The notes: generated by a model not told the origin, from the letters alone. A stretch of DNA of 64,000 nt from Ruminococcus sp. (GCA_015066745.1 SVNW01000009.1:844-64843), one strand, 5' to 3'; shown: positions 47,681 to 58,524, counted from the stretch's first letter. A program made the numbers and translations.

Positions 47681-50600
47681 TTATTTACAATAATCAGCTG
47701 AAAGATTATACAGTATTTTACCTGGGGTACTTGCTTGTTTATTGACACAATTTTTTATTTCGTTTATATCGCTATCTGTTATTTTTCCATCAAAATTTAT
47801 ATCTCCACAAGAAAGAATATTTATATCAATTGTTTTATTATTTTTATAATTTTTTAATGTAGTATAATCTGCTGAAGTAATCCTATGATCTTGATTTACA
47901 TCTCCTATGAACTTATATATACAATCTTTCTGTCCACCATTGCCTGTTTTATCTTCCCAATATTTATCAAAATGAGTACAGTATATTGATTTTCTTATTA
48001 ATTTTGCTATATCAGGATATGCACTACAAAGCGTTGATATACTTCCGCTTTTTGTTCGACTAACAAGATAATTATAGCACAATAACACTTTTTGAGCATG
48101 ATCTTTCAATGAATCAAATTTAATATTGCTTTCTGGGAACAAACTTTTCAACTGTTCGTTTATTTTTGAAGTATTAGTCGATGTTCCGCTCATTAATTCA
48201 GAAAACACCTCAACGCCTTTTCCTTTATATTCTTTTTCCAAAAGTTTATATAAAGAAAGATATACATCAAAAGACAAATCATGAATATATCCTTCGTTTA
48301 CATCTTCTTTATATATAAACCATGCATCATAAGAATTTAACGTTCTCACACCTTCAAGTAAATTTGAATTGCTATCATAAACCATATCTGAATAGAATAT
48401 TTTTCCGTTATCATTATACAATGGAACATTTCTATATACAAATCCAACTTCTCTTGCTAAAAATGATCTCATATTTACTTCACTGTCATCTGCATTATGA
48501 CAATAATTATTATCAAACTTATCATTTACATAGCAATGTGACAGTTCATGTGATACTCCAAAGAACAAAGATTGGTTTTTTACACTTTTCAAATACTGAG
48601 AAATAGCATTTGATGAATAGTTCATTTTTCTTATACCATCATCAAAAGAAACTCGTGTTGTACTCATATAATATGGATGATTTTTATCGTATACAATATA
48701 CAATCCTTTTGCATCATAATTTGAAACTTGCTTATATGCGTTTGATAAAAAATGCATGCTTGAAATATTAAATATAAGATTACTTCTGTCAATATCATTA
48801 TTCATATCAAAATCTTGCATATTATCTAAAAGTAAAGCAGTAATTTTAGGTCTATCTCCAACTTCTACTTTCACCCCTGATTTCTCCAACAATATTTCTG
48901 TAATCTCGACTGTTGTTTCTTTAGAAAGAGTATTGGTGTTTCTACCTAATCTTACCTGCAAACCACAATTTGTTCCAGATGAAATATCAACCAATGTTTC
49001 CAGATTTGCCTCATATAAGTTTGAACTTATTTTTTTTATCTCACCATTAAGAGCTGTCTTTTCATAGGCTTCTTTAAATCCGCTTGTACTTGGATTTCCA
49101 CTATAATACCCCGCATATATCTTTTCTAATGCCTCTATATTACTACTTCTGGCTTTGATTTTTATCTTAGCTGATACTATATCTTCTGTAACAGGAAAAT
49201 CTGTACTTCCATATGCTGTTGCATATCCACCGCTTTTAGCTGTTAATGATATCGATTTTTCTTTTACACTTACAACTGAGCCATTATCATCGCTCCAGTC
49301 TTTATGATACCAATTTAAAAAGTTAGTTTTGATTAAAGGTGTTTCAACCTTAAAAGAAATAATACTAACACTACCGCTTACAGAATCATCATTTTTACCA
49401 AATCTAATCTGATATAAATAATCACCAACAAAGTCCAGAGCAAAATCATATTCAATTATTGCATTATATACTCCATTATTTTCATACGATTCAACCACAT
49501 TACCTAACTTGTAATGAAATTGATTATTACTATAATAGTCATTTTCATTTCCATTTGCATCAATACTTACAAATCCAGAATATATATGATTTAAATTTTC
49601 TTTTACATTACTCTGTGCTTTTATAGTTATTTTTATTTTATTGTTTTTAATGTTATTATTGTGAATAACTGTATTATAAGCAGTGACATATGATTTTTTT
49701 CCTGAAGCAATCTCCATTTTCAATAAATTATTATATCTCTCCACCTTATTATCAGTTGAATCACTCCACTTTTTCATGCCCCAATTATTTATATTTGAAG
49801 ACTTATAACTAATCATCTTATCTTTTAATGCGGTTGTTGAAAATGAATCATAATCAAGTAATTTATATGTATTTTCTCCATATAAAACAGGGAAAAATTC
49901 AATACCCCTATCGTTGCACCATTTTTTTACATAATTGCTTTCACTATACACTTTTAATTTACTATTATCTAAACCATAAAAACTATTGTTAGCAATTGTT
50001 TTTACAGATAATGGAATGTAGATATAACCTAAAGGACATTCGCTAAAAGCATACGCCATTATATCTGTTACACCATCTACTAATGATACTGCACTTAATT
50101 TTGAACAATTATAAAAAGCGTTCTGTCCTATTTTCGTTATTTTATCTGTAAAAAAAACCTGTCTCAGATTAGACATATTACTTAAAGAATAATTACTTAC
50201 AGCTGTAACATTATCCTCAAATTCAACTCTCCATATAATATCACTATAAATCTCCCATGGTCTTTGTGTATATGTAAGACTACTATAGTTACTCATATTC
50301 TTTTTTATCTTCAACACACCACTGTTTATAGACCAACTATCATTATCAACTGATATAGTATTTAAATTTACAATATCAGTACCACTTATACGCATTTCAG
50401 TTACATCAATCTGACCACTTACTCTGTCATTATTTTTTCCAAGTCTGATTTGCAAGAAAAAATTTCCGACAGATTTTATGTTTGTTGTTAATTGCATTGT
50501 AGCATATGTATAGTCACCTGTAGTCTTTTTGTTTTTTACTGTAGCCTTATAATAATATATATCATCTTCTTTTTCTCCATTTTTTAAAACATATCCGCAA

Positions 50601-50947
50601 TATATATGATCTAAAAGTGAAGACTTTGTTGTAACAACATCAAAAATCATTGTCATATTATTAGAAGATTTCTCGTTTCTATAAATGTCACCGCCATATG
50701 ATGTTACATATGAATTATTGGCTTTTATTTGCATGAAGTTATCATAATTAATATTAACCTCACAGTCTCCGCCTTCATCTCCCCATAATTTTATACCCCA
50801 TCCCTGAAAATCAGTATACGTTTCAATATCTGAAGCATATATATGATTGTGATTATTTTCAACCACAAAGTTAATTTCTTCAAACCAATTAAACATTAAA
50901 ACAAATACCAAAAATAAAATAATTTTTTTAAAATTAATCTTTTTCAT
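47681..50947 (-). CDS. Large secreted multidomain dockerin protein (3 repeated beta-sandwich-like modules, BspA-type LRR, HExxH module, C-terminal dockerin)
   Basis: 1088 aa with a signal peptide. Three paralogous modules end in ...QIRLGKNNDRVSG / QIRFGKNDDSVSG / QVRLGRNTNTLS. LRR_5-like segment IGQNAFYNCSKLSAVSL...AYAFSEC. HELSH motif. Dockerin GDVNQDHRITSADY...GDINFDGKITDSDI. Confidence 0.7.
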   Translation of the reverse strand: MKKINFKKIILFLVFVLMFNWFEEINFVVENNHNHIYASDIETYTDFQGWGIKLWGDEGGDCEVNINYDNFMQIKANNSYVTSYGGDIYRNEKSSNNMTMIFDVVTTKSSLLDHIYCGYVLKNGEKEDDIYYYKATVKNKKTTGDYTYATMQLTTNIKSVGNFFLQIRLGKNNDRVSGQIDVTEMRISGTDIVNLNTISVDNDSWSINSGVLKIKKNMSNYSSLTYTQRPWEIYSDIIWRVEFEDNVTAVSNYSLSNMSNLRQVFFTDKITKIGQNAFYNCSKLSAVSLVDGVTDIMAYAFSECPLGYIYIPLSVKTIANNSFYGLDNSKLKVYSESNYVKKWCNDRGIEFFPVLYGENTYKLLDYDSFSTTALKDKMISYKSSNINNWGMKKWSDSTDNKVERYNNLLKMEIASGKKSYVTAYNTVIHNNNIKNNKIKITIKAQSNVKENLNHIYSGFVSIDANGNENDYYSNNQFHYKLGNVVESYENNGVYNAIIEYDFALDFVGDYLYQIRFGKNDDSVSGSVSIISFKVETPLIKTNFLNWYHKDWSDDNGSVVSVKEKSISLTAKSGGYATAYGSTDFPVTEDIVSAKIKIKARSSNIEALEKIYAGYYSGNPSTSGFKEAYEKTALNGEIKKISSNLYEANLETLVDISSGTNCGLQVRLGRNTNTLSKETTVEITEILLEKSGVKVEVGDRPKITALLLDNMQDFDMNNDIDRSNLIFNISSMHFLSNAYKQVSNYDAKGLYIVYDKNHPYYMSTTRVSFDDGIRKMNYSSNAISQYLKSVKNQSLFFGVSHELSHCYVNDKFDNNYCHNADDSEVNMRSFLAREVGFVYRNVPLYNDNGKIFYSDMVYDSNSNLLEGVRTLNSYDAWFIYKEDVNEGYIHDLSFDVYLSLYKLLEKEYKGKGVEVFSELMSGTSTNTSKINEQLKSLFPESNIKFDSLKDHAQKVLLCYNYLVSRTKSGSISTLCSAYPDIAKLIRKSIYCTHFDKYWEDKTGNGGQKDCIYKFIGDVNQDHRITSADYTTLKNYKNNKTIDINILSCGDINFDGKITDSDINEIKNCVNKQASTPGKILYNLSADYCK

Positions 50948-51166
50948 AAATTACTCCTTATATTTTTATAAATTTAACAACCAACTTATATATTATACTT
51001 ATTCAATTATATTTTGTCAATAATGAGCTAAAAAATTATATTAAAAATTTTAAATACAATATCCAAAAAAATATATTAATTTCAACTAAAAATATATAAT
51101 TAACAAAAAAATAAAACAGATTGACTGATTTTTACTACAAACAATCTGTTTTATTAAAATTATTAT

Positions 51167-52120
51167 TTAATTTATTTCATCATCAAGATACTTTTCAACT
51201 ATAAATTTAGGACGATTTTTAGTTTCAAGATATACCTTTCCGACATATTCACCTATAACACCTATTGCAAAAAGCTGTAATCCGCCTATGGTCCATATAG
51301 ATAACATTGTTGATGTCCAGCCTGCCACTGTATGACCTGTAAAATGTCTTATCAAAGAATAAATAAGCATTATTATACTGATTGCAAAGATCGCTATTCC
51401 TAAAGCACTTATCCATTTAATAGGCTTCATAGACAATGATGTTATGCCTTCCCAGGCAAAAGCAAGCATTTTTTTCAAAGGATACTTTGATTCTCCTGCA
51501 AGTCGCTCACGACGTTCATAGTATACTGTATCACTTTTATACCCTATCATCGGAACTATTCCTCTTAAAAAGAGATTTACTTCTCCGAATTCCTCCAACC
51601 TGTTCAAAGCTCTGCTACTCATCAGACGATAATCCGCATGATTGAAAACAACATCTGCGCCCATTGCTTTCATAATCTTGTAAAAACTTTCTGCTGTAAA
51701 CTTTTTAAAAAATGTATCTGTATCCCTTGCACTTCTGACACCGTAAACGACATCACAGCCTTCATCGTAACATTTTACCATTTCATCAATTGCATTTATA
51801 TCGTCCTGCAAATCGGCGTCAAGAGAAATCGTAATATCACATTTATCCTTTACTGTCATAAGACCTGCCAGCAGTGCATTCTGATGCCCTCTGTTACGTG
51901 AAAGTTTTACCCCCTGAAAAATCTTATCTTCATTATGCAAAGAAGATATTATAGTCCATGTAGTATCTCTGGAACCATCATCTACAAAAACAATGCGACT
52001 ATCAGAAGAAATAATATTTTTTTCAATCAGATCTTTCATTTTCTTTTTTAACTGTTTTGAAGTGTCCGCCAACACTTCCTGTTCATTATAACATGGAACT
52101 ACCAGATAAAGTGTACTCAT
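51167..52120 (-). CDS. GT2 polyprenol-phosphate glycosyltransferase (GtrB/CsbB-like)
   Basis: 317 aa. LVVPCYNEQE, DDGSRD and DADLQDD motifs, plus two C-terminal TMs. Paralog of 31793..32761. Confidence 0.85.
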   Translation of the reverse strand: MSTLYLVVPCYNEQEVLADTSKQLKKKMKDLIEKNIISSDSRIVFVDDGSRDTTWTIISSLHNEDKIFQGVKLSRNRGHQNALLAGLMTVKDKCDITISLDADLQDDINAIDEMVKCYDEGCDVVYGVRSARDTDTFFKKFTAESFYKIMKAMGADVVFNHADYRLMSSRALNRLEEFGEVNLFLRGIVPMIGYKSDTVYYERRERLAGESKYPLKKMLAFAWEGITSLSMKPIKWISALGIAIFAISIIMLIYSLIRHFTGHTVAGWTSTMLSIWTIGGLQLFAIGVIGEYVGKVYLETKNRPKFIVEKYLDDEIN

Positions 52121-52132
52121 TTTAAACCTCCA

Positions 52133-54793
52133 TTATTTCCAGAACGCAAATATATGCTCTGTTATATAGCACAAGCGGGCATATTCTTCCTGAGAAAACG
52201 TAAAATTAAAAATTTGAAAACCATTAACAAAAATAGCATATACAGACGACAACACCATAAATTTATAAAGCAAATCTTTTTTTGTTTTATCTTCAGAAGC
52301 AATATATAATGAGAATAATATTGCATAAGCACCTAATATTACCTGCCATGAGAAGTCAGCTGTATATCTTACAGCATAGCCACTTTCCCAAACTGAAAAC
52401 AGTATTATCAACGGCATAACAACGCAAGGTATACCAACAATCAGCAAGCTCTTGATTTTGCTCTTTTTATCAGGAAGCTTGTCAAGTGCTTTTTTTGAAA
52501 GCAGATATCCAAATACCGGTAAAGCAAGAAATACTATACCTGACGTATTTCCACTATCCGAAAAATAATAACCATTTGCATCAAATCTTGAAAATTCTGT
52601 AGTTACAAAAGGATACTGAGGAATAAAAGAAGGTACTGCAAACAAATAATTAAAAACACCTATCATAACAAATATAAAATGGTACTGAGAATGTGTAAAA
52701 TCATTTATAGTGAGCGAGTACTGTATTCCAAAATCCAAAGGCGAACCAAATCTCGCCATGTTGTACCACATTTGAAAGCCACCGAATACAACGTACGGTA
52801 ATACCGCACAGAACGTATAAATAACCTTATTTACATGTTTTGGTTTTTTCTGACTTTCTGTTTCTATAACAGGTTCTTTTTTCAAAAATCCGTATATTAT
52901 ATAAATGCACGCACATATACAATAAACAGCCAGCGTCGGACGACACAATACAGCTATTGCAAGAAAAAGAGATGATAAAAATATCTTTACACAAGATACT
53001 TTTCCTTTTCCGATAACATTTGAACTAAACAGGAAAAATGTACCCATAGTTACAAACATAAAACCGCATGATATAGAAATTTCATAGAAAATATTTCTCG
53101 CAACAGAGAACCATATACCATTAGCACACATCAGTATAAGATGCCCTGCTATCGCCATTCCTGCAGGAATTGTACTATAATATTTTTTCAATATAACGTT
53201 GTAGGTCAACGTAAGAAATATTAAACCTACTATAGAAAAAAGCAAAATCGATATATGCGTAGAACAATAGTATCCTGTAATGAGATTGTATGGTAGATAA
53301 AAAAGTAAAACAGGTGCTACTCCGTAATAAGAATAATATTTTCCGTCATACAGCAGATGATCCCATTCATACTGTGCATTTGCAGTTCCTCTTTGACCCC
53401 AGTCATATGGATTTTCAACATTAAGAATAGATTCGTCCGGTTCCATCATCAGTGACAACTGTTTGTTTTTAAAAGCTTCTACAAGTTCCTCGGTGATCTG
53501 ATTTCCGTAATTCAGTTTCATCTCACTTTTAAAAGTTTTATCATCACCCATTTTCTCATCAACTATACAAAATGCGATAAAACAGAACAATATTGTAGTA
53601 ACAGCCAAATGCATACCACACAATTTTTTCTTTTTTTCAAAAGGTTCTTTGTATTCGGAAACCGATAACAGAGAATATGCAAACAACAAAATCACAAAGA
53701 ACAGTAATACTCTTAAATATGATACCTCAAACGGAATAGGTTTGTTTATAATTATATCAGAAACTACTATTTTATGATTATCATCATAACCTGTAAACTT
53801 AATTCTAAAATCTCCGACATTCCCTGAAAATGCACAACTTATATATTTTGAAGAATCAATATCAGGCAAAACATCTGCTTTGGCAACATCATATCTGTAC
53901 TCCTGATGTGTTTCATCACCCATATCAACAACTACCTTAGTTATTTCAGTATCATTTTCAAACAATATATTTGTACATATCGAACCTATTTTTTTATTTA
54001 AATCATTAAAAGTTACTACTACTTCATTTTTTCCGTCTATCAAAATACAGTTATTTTCAAGGTCTATATCTGCTACACCTATTTCAATATACGCATTTTC
54101 AAGATCAAGACATTCTTCCTTATAGTCCAGTAAAAACATCTGATACGACATAAAATTAAAAACTGTCAGTTCCAGAAAAGAAACAGCGAATAAAACCTTT
54201 GATACAGCCTTTAAAAGCTCACTGTTAAATTTACAATAAATTTTACTTATCAAAAATTCTGCAACAACAACAATTGTCATTAATTTATAAGCAGATTTGT
54301 ATGTTTCTAAATCTGAAAACAACGAAATAATCAGCAAAATCAAAGTTACGATAAAAAGTATTGCATTTTTACTGATTTTTTTTCTTGGTTTATTTTCATT
54401 AACTGACGCATTCTCATTTTCAGTGACACTTTCAATACTTTCACCGATCTCATCAGGAATATTATTATCAGCAACAATGTCATTTATATTGTTATCAGAA
54501 ATAACATCAGATATGTTATTATCAGTAACATCAGCAATATTGTTATAAGAAACATCAGGTATGTTATTATCAGTAACATCATCAGTATCGTTATAAGAAA
54601 CATCAGGTATGTTATTATCAGTAACATCATCAATATTGTTATAAGAAACATCAGATATGTTATTATCAGTAACATCATCAGTATCGTTATCGACATTATC
54701 ACCAGCTTTATTTGTTACTTTCATTGATTTTATGAAAACAACCGTTGATATCACCATCAATATCAACATTAAAATATACCATATTTTATCCAC
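52133..54793 (-). CDS. Polytopic membrane protein, probable GT-C type glycosyltransferase (YfhO-like role), with an Asp/Asn-rich N-terminal repeat region
   Basis: 886 aa with more than 12 predicted TM segments. Immediately upstream of, and co-directional with, the GT2 gene. Confidence 0.5.
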   Translation of the reverse strand: MDKIWYILMLILMVISTVVFIKSMKVTNKAGDNVDNDTDDVTDNNISDVSYNNIDDVTDNNIPDVSYNDTDDVTDNNIPDVSYNNIADVTDNNISDVISDNNINDIVADNNIPDEIGESIESVTENENASVNENKPRKKISKNAILFIVTLILLIISLFSDLETYKSAYKLMTIVVVAEFLISKIYCKFNSELLKAVSKVLFAVSFLELTVFNFMSYQMFLLDYKEECLDLENAYIEIGVADIDLENNCILIDGKNEVVVTFNDLNKKIGSICTNILFENDTEITKVVVDMGDETHQEYRYDVAKADVLPDIDSSKYISCAFSGNVGDFRIKFTGYDDNHKIVVSDIIINKPIPFEVSYLRVLLFFVILLFAYSLLSVSEYKEPFEKKKKLCGMHLAVTTILFCFIAFCIVDEKMGDDKTFKSEMKLNYGNQITEELVEAFKNKQLSLMMEPDESILNVENPYDWGQRGTANAQYEWDHLLYDGKYYSYYGVAPVLLFYLPYNLITGYYCSTHISILLFSIVGLIFLTLTYNVILKKYYSTIPAGMAIAGHLILMCANGIWFSVARNIFYEISISCGFMFVTMGTFFLFSSNVIGKGKVSCVKIFLSSLFLAIAVLCRPTLAVYCICACIYIIYGFLKKEPVIETESQKKPKHVNKVIYTFCAVLPYVVFGGFQMWYNMARFGSPLDFGIQYSLTINDFTHSQYHFIFVMIGVFNYLFAVPSFIPQYPFVTTEFSRFDANGYYFSDSGNTSGIVFLALPVFGYLLSKKALDKLPDKKSKIKSLLIVGIPCVVMPLIILFSVWESGYAVRYTADFSWQVILGAYAILFSLYIASEDKTKKDLLYKFMVLSSVYAIFVNGFQIFNFTFSQEEYARLCYITEHIFAFWK
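54491..54694. repeat. In-frame 48-bp tandem repeat (about 4.2 copies) inside the 886-aa gene
   Basis: Units begin at 54491 (a 51-bp variant), 54542, 54590 and 54638. They encode DDVTDNNI(P/S)DVSYN(N/D)(I/T). Confidence 0.9.
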
Positions 54794-55170
54794 TTACAAG
54801 CACCTCTTAATATTTCAATTTAAAAAAACATACATACGTTTTATTATAACACACATTTTCAGTGATTACAATATATTTTAACTAAATTTAATATTATATC
54901 CCCTATTACACTATACCATTATTCACCACTTATCATGTTTTGTATTCAATATTTTTACAAAAAGGTTTTACTAAAACCTCCTATATACAATACTTTTTAT
55001 CACGATAAAAAGCTACAAAAAATTTTAAAAAATTTTTCTCTACTCTATTTATTCGTATCAACTCCACAAAATGTGACACTTAATAAAAAATATTTTTTTC
55101 ATATTGACTATTTTCGCTTTCTGAATTATTATAGTAGTATAAAAAATTTATGATAAAGGGGGATTTTTTT

Positions 55171-56238
55171 ATGAATGCAGTACTTGCACCATTTTTTACA
55201 GCACTTTCCCTGTTTTCCTCCCAACCCTCAGACACTGACAGTCTGCCTGACGGCTTTCTTATGTACCATTCGTACTCGTCATACGAAGCCCGTGACAGCA
55301 GGCTCTATGTGTACAATACAGGGAACAGCGAAAAAATCTGTATAAACGACTGCGTTGAAAACATCTATAATCTCATGAACGGTGACTTCGGTTCCTCACC
55401 TTATGACATTGTTTTTATGGGAATGACCGCAAATAATGAAAATGCGGGCTGGGACATATTTCGCTTCAATATCATAACAAAAGAGCTTATAAATCTCACA
55501 AACCAGAGTGATCTGCGTGAAGAGGACGTAAAATTTTCACCATCAGGAAACAGCGTTGTTTTCAAAAGAGGAAAATGGAATCATCAGTATGACACCATGC
55601 AGTATGATATACATATATTAGACTTAAAAAGCGGTCAGATTTCTCAGATAACAGATGATATCCCGGAAGATTCCATGCCGTATTTTTCTGATGACGGCAA
55701 CAAATTGTACTATATGAAAGGAACAGGAAAAGGAGCAGGGATATACAGTTATGATATTTCTTCAAAAAAAGAAACACCGATATATATTGACGAAACTGTC
55801 ATGTCGTACTACCCTGTAGTATACAAAAATTTTCTCTTTTTTACCCGTCATGTATCAGAGGAAAATATGAACGACTGCATATACCGCATAGATACAGATA
55901 CTATGAAAGCAGATATTATGGATTTTTGTACACCCGATACAAATTTTTCAGACCCTGCACCGATAGATGAAAACAACATTATATACAGTTCTACTACAAA
56001 CGGCTCATACGACCTTTTTGTAAGACAGGATAATACCGTATCAGAACTAAGTATGCTAAATACACCTTTCCACGAACTTGGAGCGGTATTTTACAACGGA
56101 CGTACCACACTTATAGAAAACTTTACTTCCATGATGCTTGCAAAAACAGATGACACTAAAGAATACTATGATATAAATTCAGACGGAATAATCAATATAT
56201 CTGATTATTGTCTTATGAAAAATTATATATACTACTGA
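55171..56238 (+). CDS. TolB-like beta-propeller (PD40 repeat) protein with a single C-terminal dockerin-like repeat
   Basis: Start placed at MNAVLAPFF (AAAGGGGGA RBS). PD40-like segments (FSPSGNSVVF, YFSDDGNKLYY). C-terminal DINSDGIINISDYCLMKNYI. Confidence 0.6.
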   Translation: MNAVLAPFFTALSLFSSQPSDTDSLPDGFLMYHSYSSYEARDSRLYVYNTGNSEKICINDCVENIYNLMNGDFGSSPYDIVFMGMTANNENAGWDIFRFNIITKELINLTNQSDLREEDVKFSPSGNSVVFKRGKWNHQYDTMQYDIHILDLKSGQISQITDDIPEDSMPYFSDDGNKLYYMKGTGKGAGIYSYDISSKKETPIYIDETVMSYYPVVYKNFLFFTRHVSEENMNDCIYRIDTDTMKADIMDFCTPDTNFSDPAPIDENNIIYSSTTNGSYDLFVRQDNTVSELSMLNTPFHELGAVFYNGRTTLIENFTSMMLAKTDDTKEYYDINSDGIINISDYCLMKNYIYY

Positions 56239-56254
56239 AAGAAGGATTGTAAAA

Positions 56255-58444
56255 ATGATAAAGTATAACGAAAAAAACAGACTTTTCAAACTCTCTACCG
56301 CTGATATGACATACGCTATAAAGATAGCACCGGGAAATTATGTTGCACATGTCTACTTTGGCAAAGAAATCCCTGACGAAGACCTAACCTGGCTTCTCAG
56401 ACTTGACGAAAACCCTTTCACACCCGAAACAAATGCACGTGATAAAGCAGTCTATATGGATACGCTTCCTTTTGAATATCCGTGTCTTGGTACAGGAGAT
56501 TTTCGTGAACACGCATTTTCTGTTCTTGACAAGGACGGTATGTCAACTGTTGACCTCAGATACAAGTCACATATCATATATAACGGCAAACCGAAGCTAA
56601 AAGGCCTCCCTGCAACATTTGCCGATGAAAACAAGGCACAGACCCTTGAAATAACCTGTGTTGACGAATATTGCGGTATCGAAGTTGTCCTCATATACAG
56701 CGTAATAGAAAACTACAGCTCAGTAATCAGAAGTGTCCGCATAAAAAATAACAGCACAAACCCTGTAAACATAACAAGAGCAATGTCAATGGCACTGCAA
56801 CTTGACTCTGACAAATATGATATGCATACTTTCTACGGTTCATGGGCAAGAGAAAGGCACTTGGAACGCTCAAAACTTCACCACGGAAAACAGAGCATAG
56901 ACAGTTTAAGAGGTGAAAGCTCACATCAGCACAATCCGTTTTTTATGCTAGTCAGCCATACAGCCGATGAAAAGCAAGGGGAAGCATACGGTTTTTCACT
57001 TGTTTATTCGGGAAATTTCTTTGCGCAGGCAGAAGTTACACAGCACTCAAAAACAGGTGTAACTATGGGTATAAACTATGTTGATTTTAACTGGCTTCTT
57101 GAAGAAGGCGAAGAATTTCAGACTCCCGAAGTTGTGATGGTTTACTCCTCATCGGGTATAGGAAATATGTCACGTACATACCATGACCTTTACAGAAACC
57201 ACCTTATCAGAAGCAAATTTAAAAATACACGCAGACCCGTACTTATAAACAACTGGGAAGCAACATACTTTGACTTTAACTATGAAAAACTCCTTAACAT
57301 AGCCAGAGATGCCTCCGAACTCGGTATAGAAATGCTTGTTATGGACGACGGTTGGTTCGGACATCGTGACAGCGACAACTCTAGCCTCGGCGACTGGTTT
57401 GTTTATGAAAAGAAACTTTCACCGGGTCTTCCTCAGCTTGTATCAGAGGTAAACAAACTCGGACTCAAGTTCGGTATATGGTTTGAACCTGAAATGATCT
57501 CTCCTGACAGTGAACTCTATAAAAAACACCCCGAATGGGCAATACAGGTAAAAGGCAGACCGCTTACCCTCTGTCGTGAGCAGTATGTACTCGACTACTC
57601 ACAAAAAGAAGTACGTGACTATATATACGAAATGCTCAGAAAAATACTGACAAGTGCAAATATCGAATATGTAAAATGGGACATGAACCGTCAGCTTACA
57701 GAAGCAGGTTCCTGTTTCCTCAGAGCAGACAGACAGCGTGAAATATGGCATCGCTATGTACTCGGCGTATATGAGATGATGGAACGCTTCACAACAGACT
57801 TCCCTGATATACTTCTTGAAAACTGTTCGGGAGGCGGTGCAAGATTTGACCCGGGTATGCTCTACTACAGCCCTCAGATATGGTGTTCTGACGATACTGA
57901 CGCAATAGAAAGACTGAAAATACAGTACGGAACTTCCATGTGCTATCCGCCGTCTGCAATAGGCGCACACGTAAGCGATTGTCCAAACCATTCCTGCGGT
58001 CGTATCACACCTTTTGAAACACGAGGCCATGTAGCCATGAGCGGAACATTCGGCTATGAACTTGATACCACTCGCATATCGGAAAATGACAGACAGATGA
58101 TAAAAGAACAGATAAAACAGTACAAAAAATACTGTCATCTCATCATTAACGGTGACCAGTACCGTTTGGGAAATGTATTTTCGGATATCTCATATGACGC
58201 ATGGCTTTTTATATCAAAAGATAAGACACAGGCGCTTCTCACCTATGTACAGGTACTTGCCAAAGCTAATGAACGCAGTAAGCGCATAAAACTTGACGGA
58301 CTAAATCCTGACTGGTACTATAAAAACGATGTAAATGACCTTGTTTTATCAGGTTCTGCACTTATGAACGGAGGTTTTAATTTTGAAAATCTCTGGGGTG
58401 ATTTTAAGAGCAAACAGGTTTATTTTACAAGGGTAGAAAAATAA
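56255..58444 (+). CDS. Alpha-galactosidase, GH36
   Basis: 729 aa. KWDMNR and ENCSGGGARFD catalytic-region signatures. Typical GH36 length. Confidence 0.9.
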   Translation: MIKYNEKNRLFKLSTADMTYAIKIAPGNYVAHVYFGKEIPDEDLTWLLRLDENPFTPETNARDKAVYMDTLPFEYPCLGTGDFREHAFSVLDKDGMSTVDLRYKSHIIYNGKPKLKGLPATFADENKAQTLEITCVDEYCGIEVVLIYSVIENYSSVIRSVRIKNNSTNPVNITRAMSMALQLDSDKYDMHTFYGSWARERHLERSKLHHGKQSIDSLRGESSHQHNPFFMLVSHTADEKQGEAYGFSLVYSGNFFAQAEVTQHSKTGVTMGINYVDFNWLLEEGEEFQTPEVVMVYSSSGIGNMSRTYHDLYRNHLIRSKFKNTRRPVLINNWEATYFDFNYEKLLNIARDASELGIEMLVMDDGWFGHRDSDNSSLGDWFVYEKKLSPGLPQLVSEVNKLGLKFGIWFEPEMISPDSELYKKHPEWAIQVKGRPLTLCREQYVLDYSQKEVRDYIYEMLRKILTSANIEYVKWDMNRQLTEAGSCFLRADRQREIWHRYVLGVYEMMERFTTDFPDILLENCSGGGARFDPGMLYYSPQIWCSDDTDAIERLKIQYGTSMCYPPSAIGAHVSDCPNHSCGRITPFETRGHVAMSGTFGYELDTTRISENDRQMIKEQIKQYKKYCHLIINGDQYRLGNVFSDISYDAWLFISKDKTQALLTYVQVLAKANERSKRIKLDGLNPDWYYKNDVNDLVLSGSALMNGGFNFENLWGDFKSKQVYFTRVEK

Positions 58445-58471
58445 ATATTTGTGCAAAACGTATTAAAAATG

Positions 58472-58512
58472 ATATAAATTCGTGTATAAACTATACGAAT
58501 TTATATTTTTTT
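58472..58512 (+). terminator. Intrinsic terminator of the GH36 gene
   Basis: ATATAAATTCGTGTATA ... TATACGAATTTATAT followed by T7. Confidence 0.7.
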
Positions 58513-58524
58513 GATAAAATACTA

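Noticed and set aside
54484-54702. 72-aa ORF MIMSITILMMLLIITYLMF... with striking repeats.
   Set aside because: It is an alternative frame of the 48-bp VNTR inside the 886-aa gene on the same strand, so it is an artefact of the repeat.
57599-58138. 179-aa antisense ORF inside the GH36 gene, and similar antisense ORFs inside asnB, nrdD, lgt and others.
   Set aside because: They are typical shadow ORFs opposite strongly supported genes, with no motifs or RBS.
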